This document shows positions 49,141 through 62,670 of a DNA stretch of 64,000 bases, piece after piece. The position numbers were made by a program, and so were the translations under genes. The stretch is taken from positions 3,412,001 to 3,476,000 of the forward strand of contig CM075996.1 in assembly GCA_038087875.1 (NCBI GenBank). Reading direction: 5' to 3'. The notes under the pieces were generated by a model that was given only the letters and a program-made list of their open reading frames with translations, searched no databases and was not told where the DNA came from. How positions within the stretch are numbered: position 1 is the first letter of the stretch; every line of letters starts with the position of its first letter. Origin of the DNA: Malacoraja senta. Lineage: Eukaryota.

Positions 49141-50854
49141 AACACCACATCAAGAAAATGCGATGACTACCAGAGATACAGTAAGATTAGTATATTTATT
49201 GAGGGTCGATACATTACCCACTGATGCTGAAAACATGATGTATGGTTTCATGATAATGACTCTGGAGACAATGTTTTGCACAGAATTGGCCTCAATTAGA
49301 AGTTAGTGAAAGCAAATCTATCTAGTGCCAAGAATTGCAAACCACATTCCATTAAATTATTCACTCTCAAAACATTAATGATTGTAATCATTTTAATCCT
49401 TGTGTTATTTATACATTTCCCTTAATTTTAGAATATACATATATTTTCTGATAGCCAGTTTAACACCGGAAGTAAAAATATTCAATCAACCAAGATCACA
49501 CCATATATACATGGGACACAAAAAAAAGACACAAAGTGCTGGAGTAACTCAGCAAGCCTGGCAGAGATGTAGCTTGATCTGCTGGATTACTCCAGTACTA
49601 TGTGTTGTTTTGTGAACCAGCATCTGGAGTTGCTTGTTTCTCCATACATGGGATACAACTGTTTTTTTTTAACCTCAAACTCAACTTCATAATGGCTGAA
49701 TGCAAGAGTCGTAAAATGAATTCTAAAAATTTGACATGTAATGATACAGCTCAAAAAGAAAGAATATTTTATGAAACTCTTGTAAACTGCTTACAGGCAG
49801 CTTCTAAAAATTATGACAATATTTGCATTGGTTTTGCTGTGCCAGATTTCATTTAAGGTTAGAATATTGATCAAACATGTTAGCCACAAAGGAATGTGTT
49901 GTAAATGCCAAGTGCAAGTCATATTAGCTTCAGGAAGCCCAAGGCATCTAAGAAACCCTAAAACTATTGAATGTTTTTGAAATTCTTGACAGATATTCTT
50001 CATAGAGTCCAACAGGGTGATTTTACACCACCTTCAGTCAAACACTGCACTATAGCATATGATGCATTGTAAAGATTAACTCAGCAAGTGAATCTTTGAG
50101 GATAGAGAAAAAAAAAGCAAACTTTAAAAAGGTGAAGATAGACAATATTAGCAAGTTGTCCAGCAATGACCGACAGGAATGAGGTCTAATGACCATCTTG
50201 AAAGAGGTTGGAATAGCGTTTTTCACTCTCCAAAATTCTGTAACAGCATTTTAATTAATTGTTACGAGAATCTCTATTAAAAAGAGATGAACTCTGAAAT
50301 TCTTATATGATCAACTGGAACAAAAACATCCAATACAATTTAAGAAATTATGATCATGTACATTTGGATTAACTGGAATAAGATTTTAATCATTACAAGC
50401 AACATTATAATGGTGGTTTCTCCAGCAATGGTAACAGTATGCATATCCAAATAGAATATTGGCTTAAATGCAGTATCTGCTTGGATGTTAACATTGTTGA
50501 ACAATAGTTGCTAGCAGCTTCAAGCATTGTAATGCCCTTTATAGAGAAAAGAATATCAGTAAGGCATTGATTCTCCACAGTAATCCGGATAAAAGAGAAA
50601 TGTACTTCAAGCATACCAAAGGGACAATTAATGCTTTAATTCATCGCATCCTATCAACATGAAATACATACACCACCAGTGCTTACACCAAGTTAATGGA
50701 ATTCCCAGCAAAGGTATGTAGAATGTTCGATACCTACCCAAGGCAGCAGCGCTCATTCTTTGAGGAATACTGGCGTCCACCTGGCAAGAAATTGCAAGAA
50801 TGCCTAGGAACAGTAGCCTTAAAGGCCATCTGCACCCTGGGCAGCGATGTGCTC

Positions 50855-51022
50855 ATATAAGGTCATATGGAATAGTAGTAGAATTAGGCCATTCGGCCCA
50901 TCAAGTCCTGTCATTCAATCATGGCTGATCGATCTCTCCCTCCTAACCCCATTCTCCTGTCTGCTCCCCACAACATCTGACATCTGTACTAATCAAGAAT
51001 CTATCTATCTCTGCCTTAAAAA
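50855..51022 (-). mobile_element. CR1 3' end fragment
   Basis: ggccattcggccca...attcaatcatggctgatc...ccccattctcctg is the reverse complement of the CR1 3'UTR. Confidence 0.75.
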
Positions 51023-52879
51023 TATCCCCATTGCGATGTTACCAAGAGTAGGGTTTACTCTCAATCCTTCATCCAAAATAAAAACAAATATCATCAAACT
51101 ATGATGAAAAAGCAGGCGTAAGAGTGAGGCCTGAAAGGTTTGGATAAGCTGCGTGAAATGAGAAGAGGACATTTCCATCAAGAGAAATTCAGACGTCTGC
51201 ATTACAAAATGAAAAAAGGGATTCTTTCCATTAAAAGACATATCCAAGAAGTATTCTTAAAGAACAAAAAGTTGAAAAGTCTCACACTGGAGAACTGTCC
51301 AAATCTGATATCAAATAACATCACAGGTCTCCCATATCGCCATATTTGCTCAAATAAAATATCAGAAAATATGTTGTGAGGAAGTGCAAAGTCTGCAAAA
51401 GGGATATAGGCAGAATAGGTAAATGAAAAAGGTGGAGTCTAAAGATGCAAAATAGGAGATTCAAAAAAATCTGTTGCAGAAGAATAAAGTTGTGGGAATC
51501 TATATGTTCAAAGGTAGCCTGCTGTCTTTGTACATGTCAAAAGTAATATGGACACAAATACAGATGTATTGTTTCACCTGTATAGGATATCACCTGTCAG
51601 ACCATACTTGAGAACTATGCATCATTTTAGCTTCCATTTCAAAGAATGTTGCAACAAAAGGATGATTAGATTTATTCTTGGTGAGCCAGTTATCCTTTGA
51701 GGATGATGGGCATACACTCAAAAGGAACTTCAAAGAATGAAAGGTAATCTTCTAAAAGGCCATTTTCTAAAAAAAAAAAGAGGGAGAGCATGGTGGCCAT
51801 TTGCCTTGCCTCAAAATAGTAAGCTTAATTACAGGACTGAAATGAAACATTTCTTCAGAGGCACAAAAATCTTTGGAATTTTCCACCGAGTTGATTCTGG
51901 ATACTCAGTCATCAAATATATTGATATGGATTTCAATGGGTTTTGGGATTCTAAAGGAAACAAAGAGGCAGGAAGGGTACTTCAGATAAGGAATCAGCCA
52001 GGATATAGAATACTATAAAGTTTAAACTACCACGTGGTCTATTCCTTCTTGTATTTCTTTTTACGCTGACATGGTAGGTTGTGCCAGATGCTGCATTGAA
52101 GAGAATGGAAATTTTACACTGAGCCATGGTGGTTTTAAATGGACAACAAAAAAGCTTGGCAAGGAGTTAGGATTTTAGGAAACATTACAAAAGAAAAATG
52201 TAGAGTAAAACAATTCCAGAACTTCTGGGCAAGCACTATTTTTAAAATGTATTCTTCAACTGGCACAGTAGTCTCTTCACCCAGACAAACTTAGGAGGAA
52301 TTACAATGAGTTTATGTACTTAAACATCACCAATGTCCAGTAAAAGTCCATAAAAACAAAACTTACAAAAAAAAGAGGAACAGACTTCAATGTTATCTCT
52401 TATTTAATGATTTCCAGGAGCTTAATATCATTCAGGTCCTGGGTTTGGACATTATTTTTCTTTGTTTTTGCCCCAACGTTACAACTAAAATAAGCAGGCT
52501 AATAAGCCTGTAGATTTCCTATTCATATGGGGTTCTTCTCAGTAGCAAACCTGGAGTTATCTTCGAAGTCTCTCACCGAGACAGCGAACAACCATTCTTC
52601 GTTCTCAGACGATGGAAGACCTTGATTGCTCTTCTGGAAATCCAGCCAATTAATCCAGCAGACTCAATAAATCATCAGTACAGTCCCAGCAGACAACACT
52701 GAGACGCATTAATCAACTACACCTTTTTGATAATCATGAAAAAGGTTCTATTGATAATGTAAGCAGGTGCAAGAAGATTCACATTAACAGATTAGAGCAA
52801 ATTGGCCCTTATTTCTTCCAATACAAAGTATCTAGACATATTAAGCAGTTTTAGATTTATTAGAATTTACTGTGCGATC

Positions 52880-54752
52880 CAGTAAACCTCATGTGTCTTT
52901 TTGCAATTCTGCACACAAAAATGTGACAAAGTGGGTCATATTTCAAATTCCTTCAAAAAAGTTGACAAGCACTTTATGAGTTCATGACCAACATAGTATC
53001 AACAAAAAATATAAGAAAAGATAGCATATTGATGGCAAGTTTCTGAAAATGGCATCAGAATACACAATTACATTTTGAGTAACGGTTGTCTCATGGTGTC
53101 CACCAGTGACCTGGTTGGCACAGTAAGTGCACGTATTTCTTATTCCTTTCTATGTTTATGAATACATGGAACAATAAAAATGCAAACACCGTTTCCACTT
53201 CATTCACCTGATCATGTAGTACAGGGGACGGCAAAAAACGGCCCACGGGCCAAATGTGGCCGTAACCCGAAATCATCCGGTCCGCAGGCATTTTTTCCCC
53301 CCGTAATCATCCGGCCCTGCAGATATCCGTCATCTCCGATACATGGAAGGTGAATTTTGGACTGAGGGTCAAGTGAAACACTGTGAAAAAGACGCATTCA
53401 ATCCTGCTGCCCATCGGCCTGCGTGAGGCCAGGCTCCTTCTCCTGTGCCCAGACGTGGTGACGCAAGGAAACCTGCGCTGGCGGCCGCAAAGCCGCCAGC
53501 ACGGCTGCGCACCTTCTGTGTCTGGGCTTCGCTGTCGGGATCGGGGTTGTCAACAGGCCGGGGATGAGAGTGATATTTGAGCCACCGCCTTCAGGACAGA
53601 GCCAAATCAATGGTCCGTAGGTGCGCCATGTTCGTGAGCTCCCGTAACTAGGGGCGGCATCTATGTGAACACGTGATTAGATGCCTACCATCTGGGGCGT
53701 GATCCATGTGTACACGTGATAGATGTGGCCCACCATCCGCTCACAGACATGCCTCCTGGCCACTATGCTGAACAAGGTTGCCAACCCCTGATGTAGTAGA
53801 ATACTGCATCCATCTGAGTGGACACTGCAACGCGCGTTACACATCATACACACAAACGTACGGTTGCGGTGGACATTAAAAGGCTTGGTGTCCCAGAAAA
53901 CGAACGTTACATTAGTAGCGAAAACCAAACATTTTCACCAATGTGATCTAAACAGTACATTACCTTATGGATTTGAGCTATATCGATAGCCGATGATTCG
54001 TCAGAACGTTTGATTTGGGCTGATTTTTTTAGTAAGTAAAATGTCTCCGTAACAGTCGTTGCGGAGCTTCCCGAAGTTGACACGAAGGAATGAAGTTAGC
54101 GACTTGGTCCGTACAAAAGGTAAACAAGAGACAGAGTGTTGCCAAATTGAAGATTGGCTCAGTTTCTTAGTTTTGATGACCAATTTATGCCAATTTTTAA
54201 AATTCATTAAAAAAAGTTGGAATATATATCGTAAACGGCCGTTGCATTTTTGACACCGTGATGTTTTTGATATATTAAATTGGAAAATAAGAAAAAAATA
54301 ATTAGCTCACCCAAAAATCACTACTACCGTCAGATACCTCATTGTGTTTTTGAAAAGCATTAGAGGTTTGGAGCCTCCGTGATTTAACTGACAATGGACA
54401 CCAAGCACAACGACCGTTACGGGATCTTTACTGTAGCTTTGTTACTGTATTTTTCTCCTGGTATCGATGAAGATATTTCCCTAGATCATTACCAAAACAT
54501 ATATGTATGAGGGGCCATATGAAGTTTATTTATGAATTAAATATTCATGACTAAATGTGGCAGAGTTTTTAATGACACATTTTTGGTGTCCAAATTGGTG
54601 GTAAAACGACGAAGATTTGTCTGGCATGAAAACAGTTTTTGACTTTCGTTCTTGAGGTTATCTAATTTATATGTTATTTATACGGTTTTACATGATGGGT
54701 AGATTTTTGTTAAGAACAGTGTATTGGTGTAAAAAACTGAATAATAATCTTG
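52880..54752. mobile_element. Unclassified interspersed repeat, copy 2
   Basis: Colinear and in the same orientation as the host repeat at ~7.3-11.3 kb; provides the empty sites for that copy's insertions. Confidence 0.8.
53222..53790. mobile_element. hAT MITE (569 bp)
   Basis: TIR caggggacggcaa / ttgccaacccctg; perfect 8-bp TSD atgtagta at 53214-53221 and 53791-53798. Confidence 0.92.
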
Positions 54753-56242
54753 ATCCTCAAAATCTCTCCAGTATTGTAAAAAGACACATACAAATTATTT
54801 GCTAACATTGTTCTTGCGATATTGGTATCAGCAACAAGGCAATATTAATTGTCCATCTTTTGAGACTCCTTTGCTTATGTTCTTCACTAGCGTGAAGAAT
54901 ATAAATGTATTACAAACACCTGAAGAGAAAACTACAGAAAAAGGAGCTAATTTCCACCTTGAACGGCATTCACGAGAAAATGTTACTGCAATTTAGCAGC
55001 CTTTAGGTCTTGTTCTAGTCAAAAGCTGTGATGCCAAACCCACATTTATTTAGATTTAGTGAATTCATTTTCATAACTTTTCTTTGCGGTCCAATGCTAG
55101 TCTTAAATAGATCAAAACAAAATGTGTATACACCTACCCCATCAAGCAATGATTTTGAATATGTGACAAATATAGCACTGATTCCACTCGTATCTGTAAA
55201 AAACAGAAAATTGCATCTGAGGGTTGAATTCCCATTAGACAGATCATTGAAAAATATTCCCAGATACTCTGCACCCATTTTGATTTTGTTTCCAATTTAT
55301 AGCATTTTTAGCAATATTTGAAAAGTATTGTATTGCATGGCATAAAAACAAAAAAGTGGCACAGTACTATGATAGATAGTTAATTTCCCAAAGCTGATAA
55401 TTACAGGATTACAGTAGACAGAGCCATTGCTTCCCCCTCCCTAAGAAATGTCAGTGATACACCTCTAAGAAAATGAAAAGCTTCGATAAATATATTAGAT
55501 CTGGTGGAATATGGCAAATGTGTTCATTTGTCACCCAAGATGTTTGGATTAATGCAAAAAAAATGTAATTAAGATCTGCTAGACCTAAAACCTACTGAAA
55601 GTGATCAAACTCAACTTAAAAGCCAAAAACATATTATTTTTTGTTACTCTGCCACGTAGAATCATATGCATCGTAGATGAACTGAGTGAGGGATAACTAA
55701 AAATCAGGTGAGTCTTCCTCCAGGACAGGTGTTGCATGGGCATTAACAATGAGCTTGCATTTTAACATCAAATAAAAATTGCTTACTAACTAAAAAAACA
55801 GCACTCATCCATTATGTCGATAAGTGACCTCAGCATGGACTCATTGTGAAAGTGTGTTCACGGGTATACGAGGGAGGAGGCGATCAGGAATTCTCTGGAT
55901 TCTAAACGATTGCAGCTACAACAATGCAGCAGCACGGCAAGTCAAGTGCAGCGCTGCACGAGTTCATTTGTTGTCATCTTCACCCCCCCCCTCCCGATGA
56001 GAAATTTGCACACGTTAAAAAATCAGAATTGTGCAAACTTCATCAGGGAAAATGTATCTGCACAATTAAAAGGAGGTAACAGTCAATGCTGCGTGTCTTT
56101 TGGATCCTTAAAACTAAAAACACACTTAGACCTACCTTGACGTGAAGCATCCAGCGAAGTTGCCACTCGCTGCAATGGGGGTGGGGGTGGAGGGGGGGGG
56201 GTTAAAAAAAATCCTGCAACCACCGGAGTCAAAATATGCAAG

Positions 56243-56338
56243 ATAGACACAAAATGCTGGAGTAACTCAGCGGGACAGGCAGCATCTCTGGAGAGAAGAA
56301 ATGGGCGACGTTTCGGGTTCGAGACCCTTCTTCAGACT
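56243..56338 (-). mobile_element. Penelope-derived short repeat with intact hammerhead-like core
   Basis: Minus strand CTGAAGA-A-GGGT-CTCGA-ACCC-GAAA-CGTC at 56335-56307. Confidence 0.75.
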
Positions 56339-56465
56339 TCGGAATGAGAGATATAGGGGAAAAAATGAATGAAAGATAAGCCCCAAGAGGAAAAAAAAGT
56401 AATGATGATCATTGCTAGCTGTGGGCTAGGTAGCAGAAAATAAAACGAGTTCTAGGACAATGAAA

Positions 56466-57025
56466 ACTCACCAGGACGACAGTCATAGAGATTGTGTGAA
56501 TGTGAGTGTGTGCTGTGAGCGGCGGTTTGTGGGGCCGGCCGCGCCGCGCGCTGCGCGCAGTCGCACTGGCGCTCCCGTGCAGCGGCTCCAGTGCAGCGGC
56601 TGCAGCTGCTGCAGCGCGCGCGCGGGGCCGCCCCGCAGGGGCAGAAAACACTCGGCGCCAAAAAAAACACACAAACAAAACAGCCGGAGGGAGGGGGGGG
56701 GGGGGGGAGAGAAAAACAAAACAAAACAACAAAAAACTCCCTCACCTCACACAATGAAAGTATTGAAGAGAAAAACAACAACAACAACGAGAGAAAAAAA
56801 CACCCATCAAGGACTTGGAAACTTTCCTTCGCACGACAAATGTAAGATTCGCTTACCTTCGCGTCGAGTTAAAGCGTCGGCTCATCGATTTTTTTTTTTT
56901 TTTAAACCCTCCTCCCTCAAGAACTACCCGCCTTTTGCTCTATTGCAGCCTCCGCAACAAAGATGGCAGCGTGTGTGTGTGTGTTGGGGTTGGGGGGGGG
57001 GGGGGGAAGTATGCAAATTAGCCCG
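56466..57025 (-). promoter_or_regulatory. CpG-island promoter with candidate first exons of an unidentified minus-strand gene
   Basis: Non-repeat CpG-dense block 56515-56660; donors CTG|gtgagt at 56472 and AAG|gtaagc at 56857; YY1-type aagatggc near 56960; octamer atgcaaat at 57011. Confidence 0.65.
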
Positions 57026-57299
57026 ATACCCCCCCCTCACCATAAGACTATTACAAACATATATTTATCCCTAAGTTGGACGAGCAAAAAAAAAAAAATG
57101 CCGGAGGAACGAACGCAGCGGGACGGGCAACATCTGTGGAGAGAAGGGACTGCCTGAGTTGCGTGTCTATTTTCGGCGTAAACCAGCATCTGCAGTTCCT
57201 TCCTACGCATTAACATTTCATCCAGATTCCCCTCAAATGTATTAACTAAAACAACGATGGTTATGTCTTTATTATCAACGGGACATGGCTTTTTTTTTT

Positions 57300-57695
57300 T
57301 TCCCCTTCCCCCCCCCCCTCTATCCCTCCCTTATTCCCTCGTTCCCCATCCCCTCGTTCTCTTCATTTCTTTCCTCATTCCATCCTCTCCCCGCCCCCAC
57401 CTTATTCTCTCCTCTCCCACCTTATTCCCTCCTCAACCCCCCCCCCCTTATTCCCTTCACTCCTCTCCCCACCCCTTATTCCCTCCTCCTCTCCCCACCC
57501 CTTATTCCCTCCTCCTCTCCCCACCCCTTATTCCCTCCTCCTCTCCCCACCCCTTATTCCCTCCTCTCCCCATCCCTTATTCCCTTCTCTCCTCTCCCCA
57601 CCCCTTATTCCCTTCTCTCCTCTCCCCACCGCTTATTCCCTTCTCTCCTCTCCCCACCCTTATTCCCTGCTCTCCTTCGCCCCCGCCCTATCTCC
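57300..57695. repeat. Polypyrimidine minisatellite, ~26-bp unit cccttattccctcctcctctccccac
   Basis: About ten imperfect tandem units; explains the spurious proline-rich ORFs. Confidence 0.92.
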
Positions 57696-60186
57696 TGATC
57701 TGCAGTTCCTTCCTACGCATTATTTGCACAGCAACCTGCTCGGTGTAATTTTCGGCGTTGGCTGTTTTGCAGCGAAGCGGACGCTTGGTTTTCCACGCCT
57801 TTCATTACTCTAATAATAAAGTTCACGTTTGCATCTATTTTATTTTGCATATTGAAAATTATGCATTTGTTTAAGAAATTTTGCAAATTCAAATTACTAG
57901 ATAGCTCCCCCAAAACACTGCATTGAGATGCTAAATTCAACCCTCACTGGGCTAAATATTTGCATCGGCTGTTGCTGACAGCATCGAATGCTTGCATTTT
58001 TCCAACAGTCCCACGCATTTCTGTGGGCGGCCACCAGTGTCGCTGCTGAGCACAACGTGAACGTCGAGCGGCTGCAGAAGTTGCGGTAGAACGAATGGGA
58101 GACACGTGGCAAAGAACAGTTCCTGCGCAAAGTTGCCTTCCGTCCTCTGTGACAACATGCAATTTTACCCACATTTCAAAACAACTTTAAGCATGGACGT
58201 TAGAATTTTATTTTGGCATTGTCTGGAGCTTTGTTAAAGTAAACTAATTTACGAAAATAAATTGTAGACTGCAAATATAACTTGAGAATACAAGTTGATC
58301 AAAATTATTATTTAACATCGTTGTACTCTAACAGGCAATGGAAATCATGTTTTTATTAATAATATCAAGCAACCAAAAGGATAGATTTTTGAAAAGGGCA
58401 GATTTTCAGATATATATTCGATAAAATTCACTTAGATAAAATTCACATTACACTAAAACATGCTTTCTAAAAATAATTCCACAAACTGGGGGGGAGACAA
58501 GTCAACAAAAATACTAATATTAAGGTACACAAAGGGAAAATACCTGCAAATAAAATAAGCAATAACAGCAATAGTTTTACATTTAGAAAGAAGAGTAGGT
58601 TTAAGAGAAATGTGAGCTCTGGAAGAAAGAGCTAAAATAATTAGACATAATTTGTGTCTCGAGGTCCAATATATTCACCACCTCAATTTTTTTAGTGCAC
58701 TTAGGAAATTCTATAGGCATGCCAAGGAATGTCCATTGATTTTATCATTTAAACAGAAAAATTCTCAAAATCTTTTAGTGCGAAGATGAAAAAAGTAATA
58801 AGCAAAGCAGTGAATTTTAATGACCATAAAGGTCTGTTCCATTGCTATTTGAATTACTATCTGCATAGTTTTTGTTTGTATTATTACAACCTTTTTGTTT
58901 CAGCAACCAACACAGTGGACACAGTCCACCTGACATTATCTCACTGAATAAACAGTCAACCATTTACCAACTTTGAAAATAAATTATTTGGTCCTCAACC
59001 TGAAATGTTAGCTGTTTCTCCCACAGATGCAGCCTGACCCACTGACCATCTTCTGTTTTTAATTTAGATTTCCAGCATCTGCAGTTTTTTTCATTTACCA
59101 GATTCCGTGGGGGGGATTTCCATATTTGTCAACTTTCGCAGTGCCTGGTGCTTTTCTTTCGAGTTCCCAACTGGCTGTGGTTGGGCACTCTCTGAATAAC
59201 CATGCTTTTATAGAACTGCTTCATCGGCAGGGACACAACATAAAGGGACAGTCCCCGATTCAAGTGTGACCTAGTGACTGGGAACCAAACTCAAAAAAGT
59301 TTCCATTAATTTAATTAATCATCTACATTATTTCAGGGGGATCCACACCCTCTCAAACTCACATCCCTCTGCTGGTTTCCCCCACCCACTGATTTTTTTT
59401 TACTTCCCCCGTCTCTATATAAAACTCTACCAGGTCACTGCTTCATGAACTCTTGCTGGCATTATCCTAGATTCCAAGTGGCTCCATCTTAGCCTCTCCC
59501 CAACAGTTCTTTTTGAGTATAGGCTTTTTAAGCAAAGGCTGTTCATCAGCCTTGAAACAGTGCTCAAGGACACAGCAGGCGTGGAACTTAAATTTAAATC
59601 TGTAATTAAAAATGAGTCTCAGCAATGAAGACCATGAATCAACTTGATTGTTGTTAATACCCCAACTGGTTCACCGATGTCCTTGAGTGAAGAAAATCTG
59701 CCAACCTTACCCCATCAAGCCTGTTTGCGACTCCAGGTCTGCACCAAAATAGATTACTCTAAAATGGACAAGCAAACTGCTTAGTAAGGCAGTATTGGGA
59801 ACAGATCTACCCAGAGATGTTCATGATCCATGAATAAGCAAACTAAAAGAAAATATACAGTCAATAGCTTCTATCAATCAGGTGATATAATCAGAAAATG
59901 ATGGAAATACTCAGCAGCTTAGCCAGCATCTGTGGTGACAGAAACAGAATAATATTTTAGGTTACTTTCCCCAATTGTGATCACAGATCAGAAAGGCAAC
60001 AGTAATGGACTTTATATAATCTAACTTGATAGTCTCAAGAAGATAAGAAAAAGACAGAGTTAGGTCGTGTGACCAATTTTCAACCTGCTCCCCATTTTAG
60101 GTCAGTGATATGTTTCTCTCTTTACACTACAATGTCCGACCTATTGAGTAACTTCAGTGATTTTGTTTTGTTTTTATTTCTCTCTC

Positions 60187-61519
60187 TAAAAGATGAAATA
60201 GCCGCACATTTGGATAGCAGTAACAGGATCGGTCTGAGTCAGCATGGATTTACGAAGGGGAAATCATGCTTGACTAATCTGGAATTTTTTGAAGATGTAA
60301 CTAAGAAAATGGACAAGGGAGAGCCAGTGGATGTAGTGTACCTGGACTTTCAGAAAGCATGTGATAAGGTCCCACATAGGAGATTAGTGGGCAAAATTAG
60401 GGCACATGGTATTGGGGGTAGAGTGCTGACTTGGATAGAAAATTGGTTGGCAGACAGGAAACAAAGAGTAGGGATTAACGGGTCCCTTTCAGAATGGCAG
60501 GCAGTGACTCGTGGGGTACCGCAAGGCTCGGTGCTGGGACCGCAGCTATTTACAATATACTTCAACGATTTGAAGAAGGGATTCAAAGTAACATTAGCAA
60601 ATTTGCAGATGACACAAAGCTGGGTGGCAGTGTGAACTGTGAGGAGGATGCTATGAGATTGCAGGGTGACTTGGACAGGTTGGGGAAGTGGGCAGATGCA
60701 TGGCAGATGAAGTTTAATGCGGATAAATGTGAGGTTACCCACTTTGTAGCAAAAAACAGGAAGACAGATTATCTAAATGGCGTCAAGTTGGGAAAAGGGG
60801 AAGTACAACGGGATCTGGGGGGTCCTTGTTCATCAGTCTATGAAAGTAAGCATGCAGGTACAGCAGGCAGTGAAGAAAGCGAATGGCATGTTGGCCTTTA
60901 TAACAAGAGGAGTCGAATATAGGAGCAAAGAGGTCCTTCTGCAGTTGTACAGAGCCCTAGTGAGACCATACCTGGAATATTGTGTGCAGTTTTGGTCTCC
61001 TAATTTGAGGAAGGACATTCTTGCTATTGAGGGAGTGCAGCGTAGGTTTGCAAGGTTAATTCCTGGGATGGCGGGACTGTCATATGCTGAGAGAATGGAG
61101 CAGCTGGGCTTGTACACTCTGGAGTTTAGAAGGATGACAGGGGATCTTATTGAAACATATAAGATTGTTAAGAGTTTGAACACGCTAGAGGCAGGAAACA
61201 TGTTCCCGGTGTTGGGGGAGTCCAGAACCAGGGGCCACAGTTTAAGAATAAGGGGTAAGCCATTAGAACGGAGACGAGGAAACACTTTTTCTCGCGGAGA
61301 GTTGTGAGTCTGTGAAATTCTCTGCCTCAGAGGGCGATGGAGGCAGGTTCTCTGGATGCTTTCAAGAGAGAGCTAGATAGGGCTCTTAAAGATAGCGGAG
61401 TCAGGGGATATGGGGAGAAGGCAGGAACGGGGTACTGATTGGGGATGATCAGCCATGATCACATTGAATGACGGTGCTGACTCGAAAGGCCGAATGGCCT
61501 ACTCCTGCACCTATTGTCT
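60187..61519 (+). mobile_element. Young 5'-truncated CR1 LINE (RT domain plus 3'UTR)
   Basis: QHGFTKGKSCLTNL, YLDFQKA, GVPQGSVLGP, KFADDTKL, VRPYLEYCVQFWSP; few frameshifts; ends in cctattgtct. Confidence 0.95.
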
Positions 61520-62507
61520 CTCTTTCAAAATCTCTCTTTTATTTTGCTTTCTGATGATTTTGAAGCTGTTGTTTGTGGCAGGGTATTGGATCACAGTTCC
61601 ATAATCAATTGGCCTTTAGTGTTTGGCCATTCACCAGATCAGGCAGTAACAATCAATTTAATTTCTTACTTGAATGATGGAGTCCAGTACAGCACACTGA
61701 ATAACAGGGTAGCAACTGACAGGACTTTGACCTTGCAGGGGGTTCTACACCACAGACCGAGCACAATTTCAGAAAAGGTAGAAATAAACAACTATAGATG
61801 CTGGATTACGAAAAAAGATACAAAATGCTAGAGTAACTCTGCGGGTCAGGCAGCATTTCTGGATAACATGGATAGGTGACGTTTCGGGTCGGGACTCAGA
61901 AGAAAATCATTTGGGATCAAGGAAAGTGCGCCCTGTTCCACTAATCTTTCCACCACCATGCACAAGAAGCGACAAGACAGATACCATTGTACGCTCTCGC
62001 TGAACAACTAATCATGTGTGTGGACTCGATAAGAAGAAGAAGACCCGTTGAATTACTCCAGCACTTTGAGACTTTCTCAGAAAAAGGTATTTCCCATTGA
62101 AGGAGAAGATGAAGATGAAGTTCTTTTCTCAGATGAATGTGAATCTATCCTGAAGGAGTAATTTAATGTATTCAAAGTGAACATTGAATAGATTTTTAAA
62201 CAATGGGAGTTATGGCGAGCAAGTTTGAAAGTGGACATGAGACCTGCCTCTATTCTTTTTCGAAGGCTGACACAAATGTCAGTTACTGTTGCCTTTCTGA
62301 TCTTTGATCACAGCTGTGGAAAGTTAGTAATAAAACAAGTTTTACACTGTGGAGAAAAGGGGCCAGGATGAAAATAACATAAGGGACAACTTTTGTTAGA
62401 AGTAAGGCAGGACTTGTCAGGGAGATTATAAAGCGTCAACTCACCAAAACTAATGAGATTAGATAACTGCCACTGCTCTCTATGCGCAAGTTAAGTTATG
62501 CAGAAGT

Positions 62508-62670
62508 GCTCTTAAAGATAGCGGAGTCAGGGGATATGGGGAGAAGGCAGGAACGGGGTATTGATTGGGGATGATCAGCCATTGTAGGCTGATCGAGCCA
62601 GCACCGCCACATTGAATGGCGGTACTGGCTTGAAGGGCCGATTGGCCTACTCTGCACCTATTGTCTATTG
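62508..62670 (+). mobile_element. Short CR1 3' end of the same subfamily
   Basis: Near-identical to 61382-61519, with a short extra internal segment after gatcagccatt. Confidence 0.88.

Noticed and set aside
52578..52698. Possible minus-strand exon (tctcag|TGTTG...TCTCG|gtgaga)
   Set aside because: Weak pyrimidine tract and stops in all three frames; cannot be supported without transcripts.
56460..57074. 204-aa plus-strand ORF across the CpG island
   Set aside because: Low-complexity product from GC-rich and homopolymer tracts; splice signals point to the minus strand.
57257..57748. Proline-rich ORFs
   Set aside because: Translation of the pyrimidine minisatellite.
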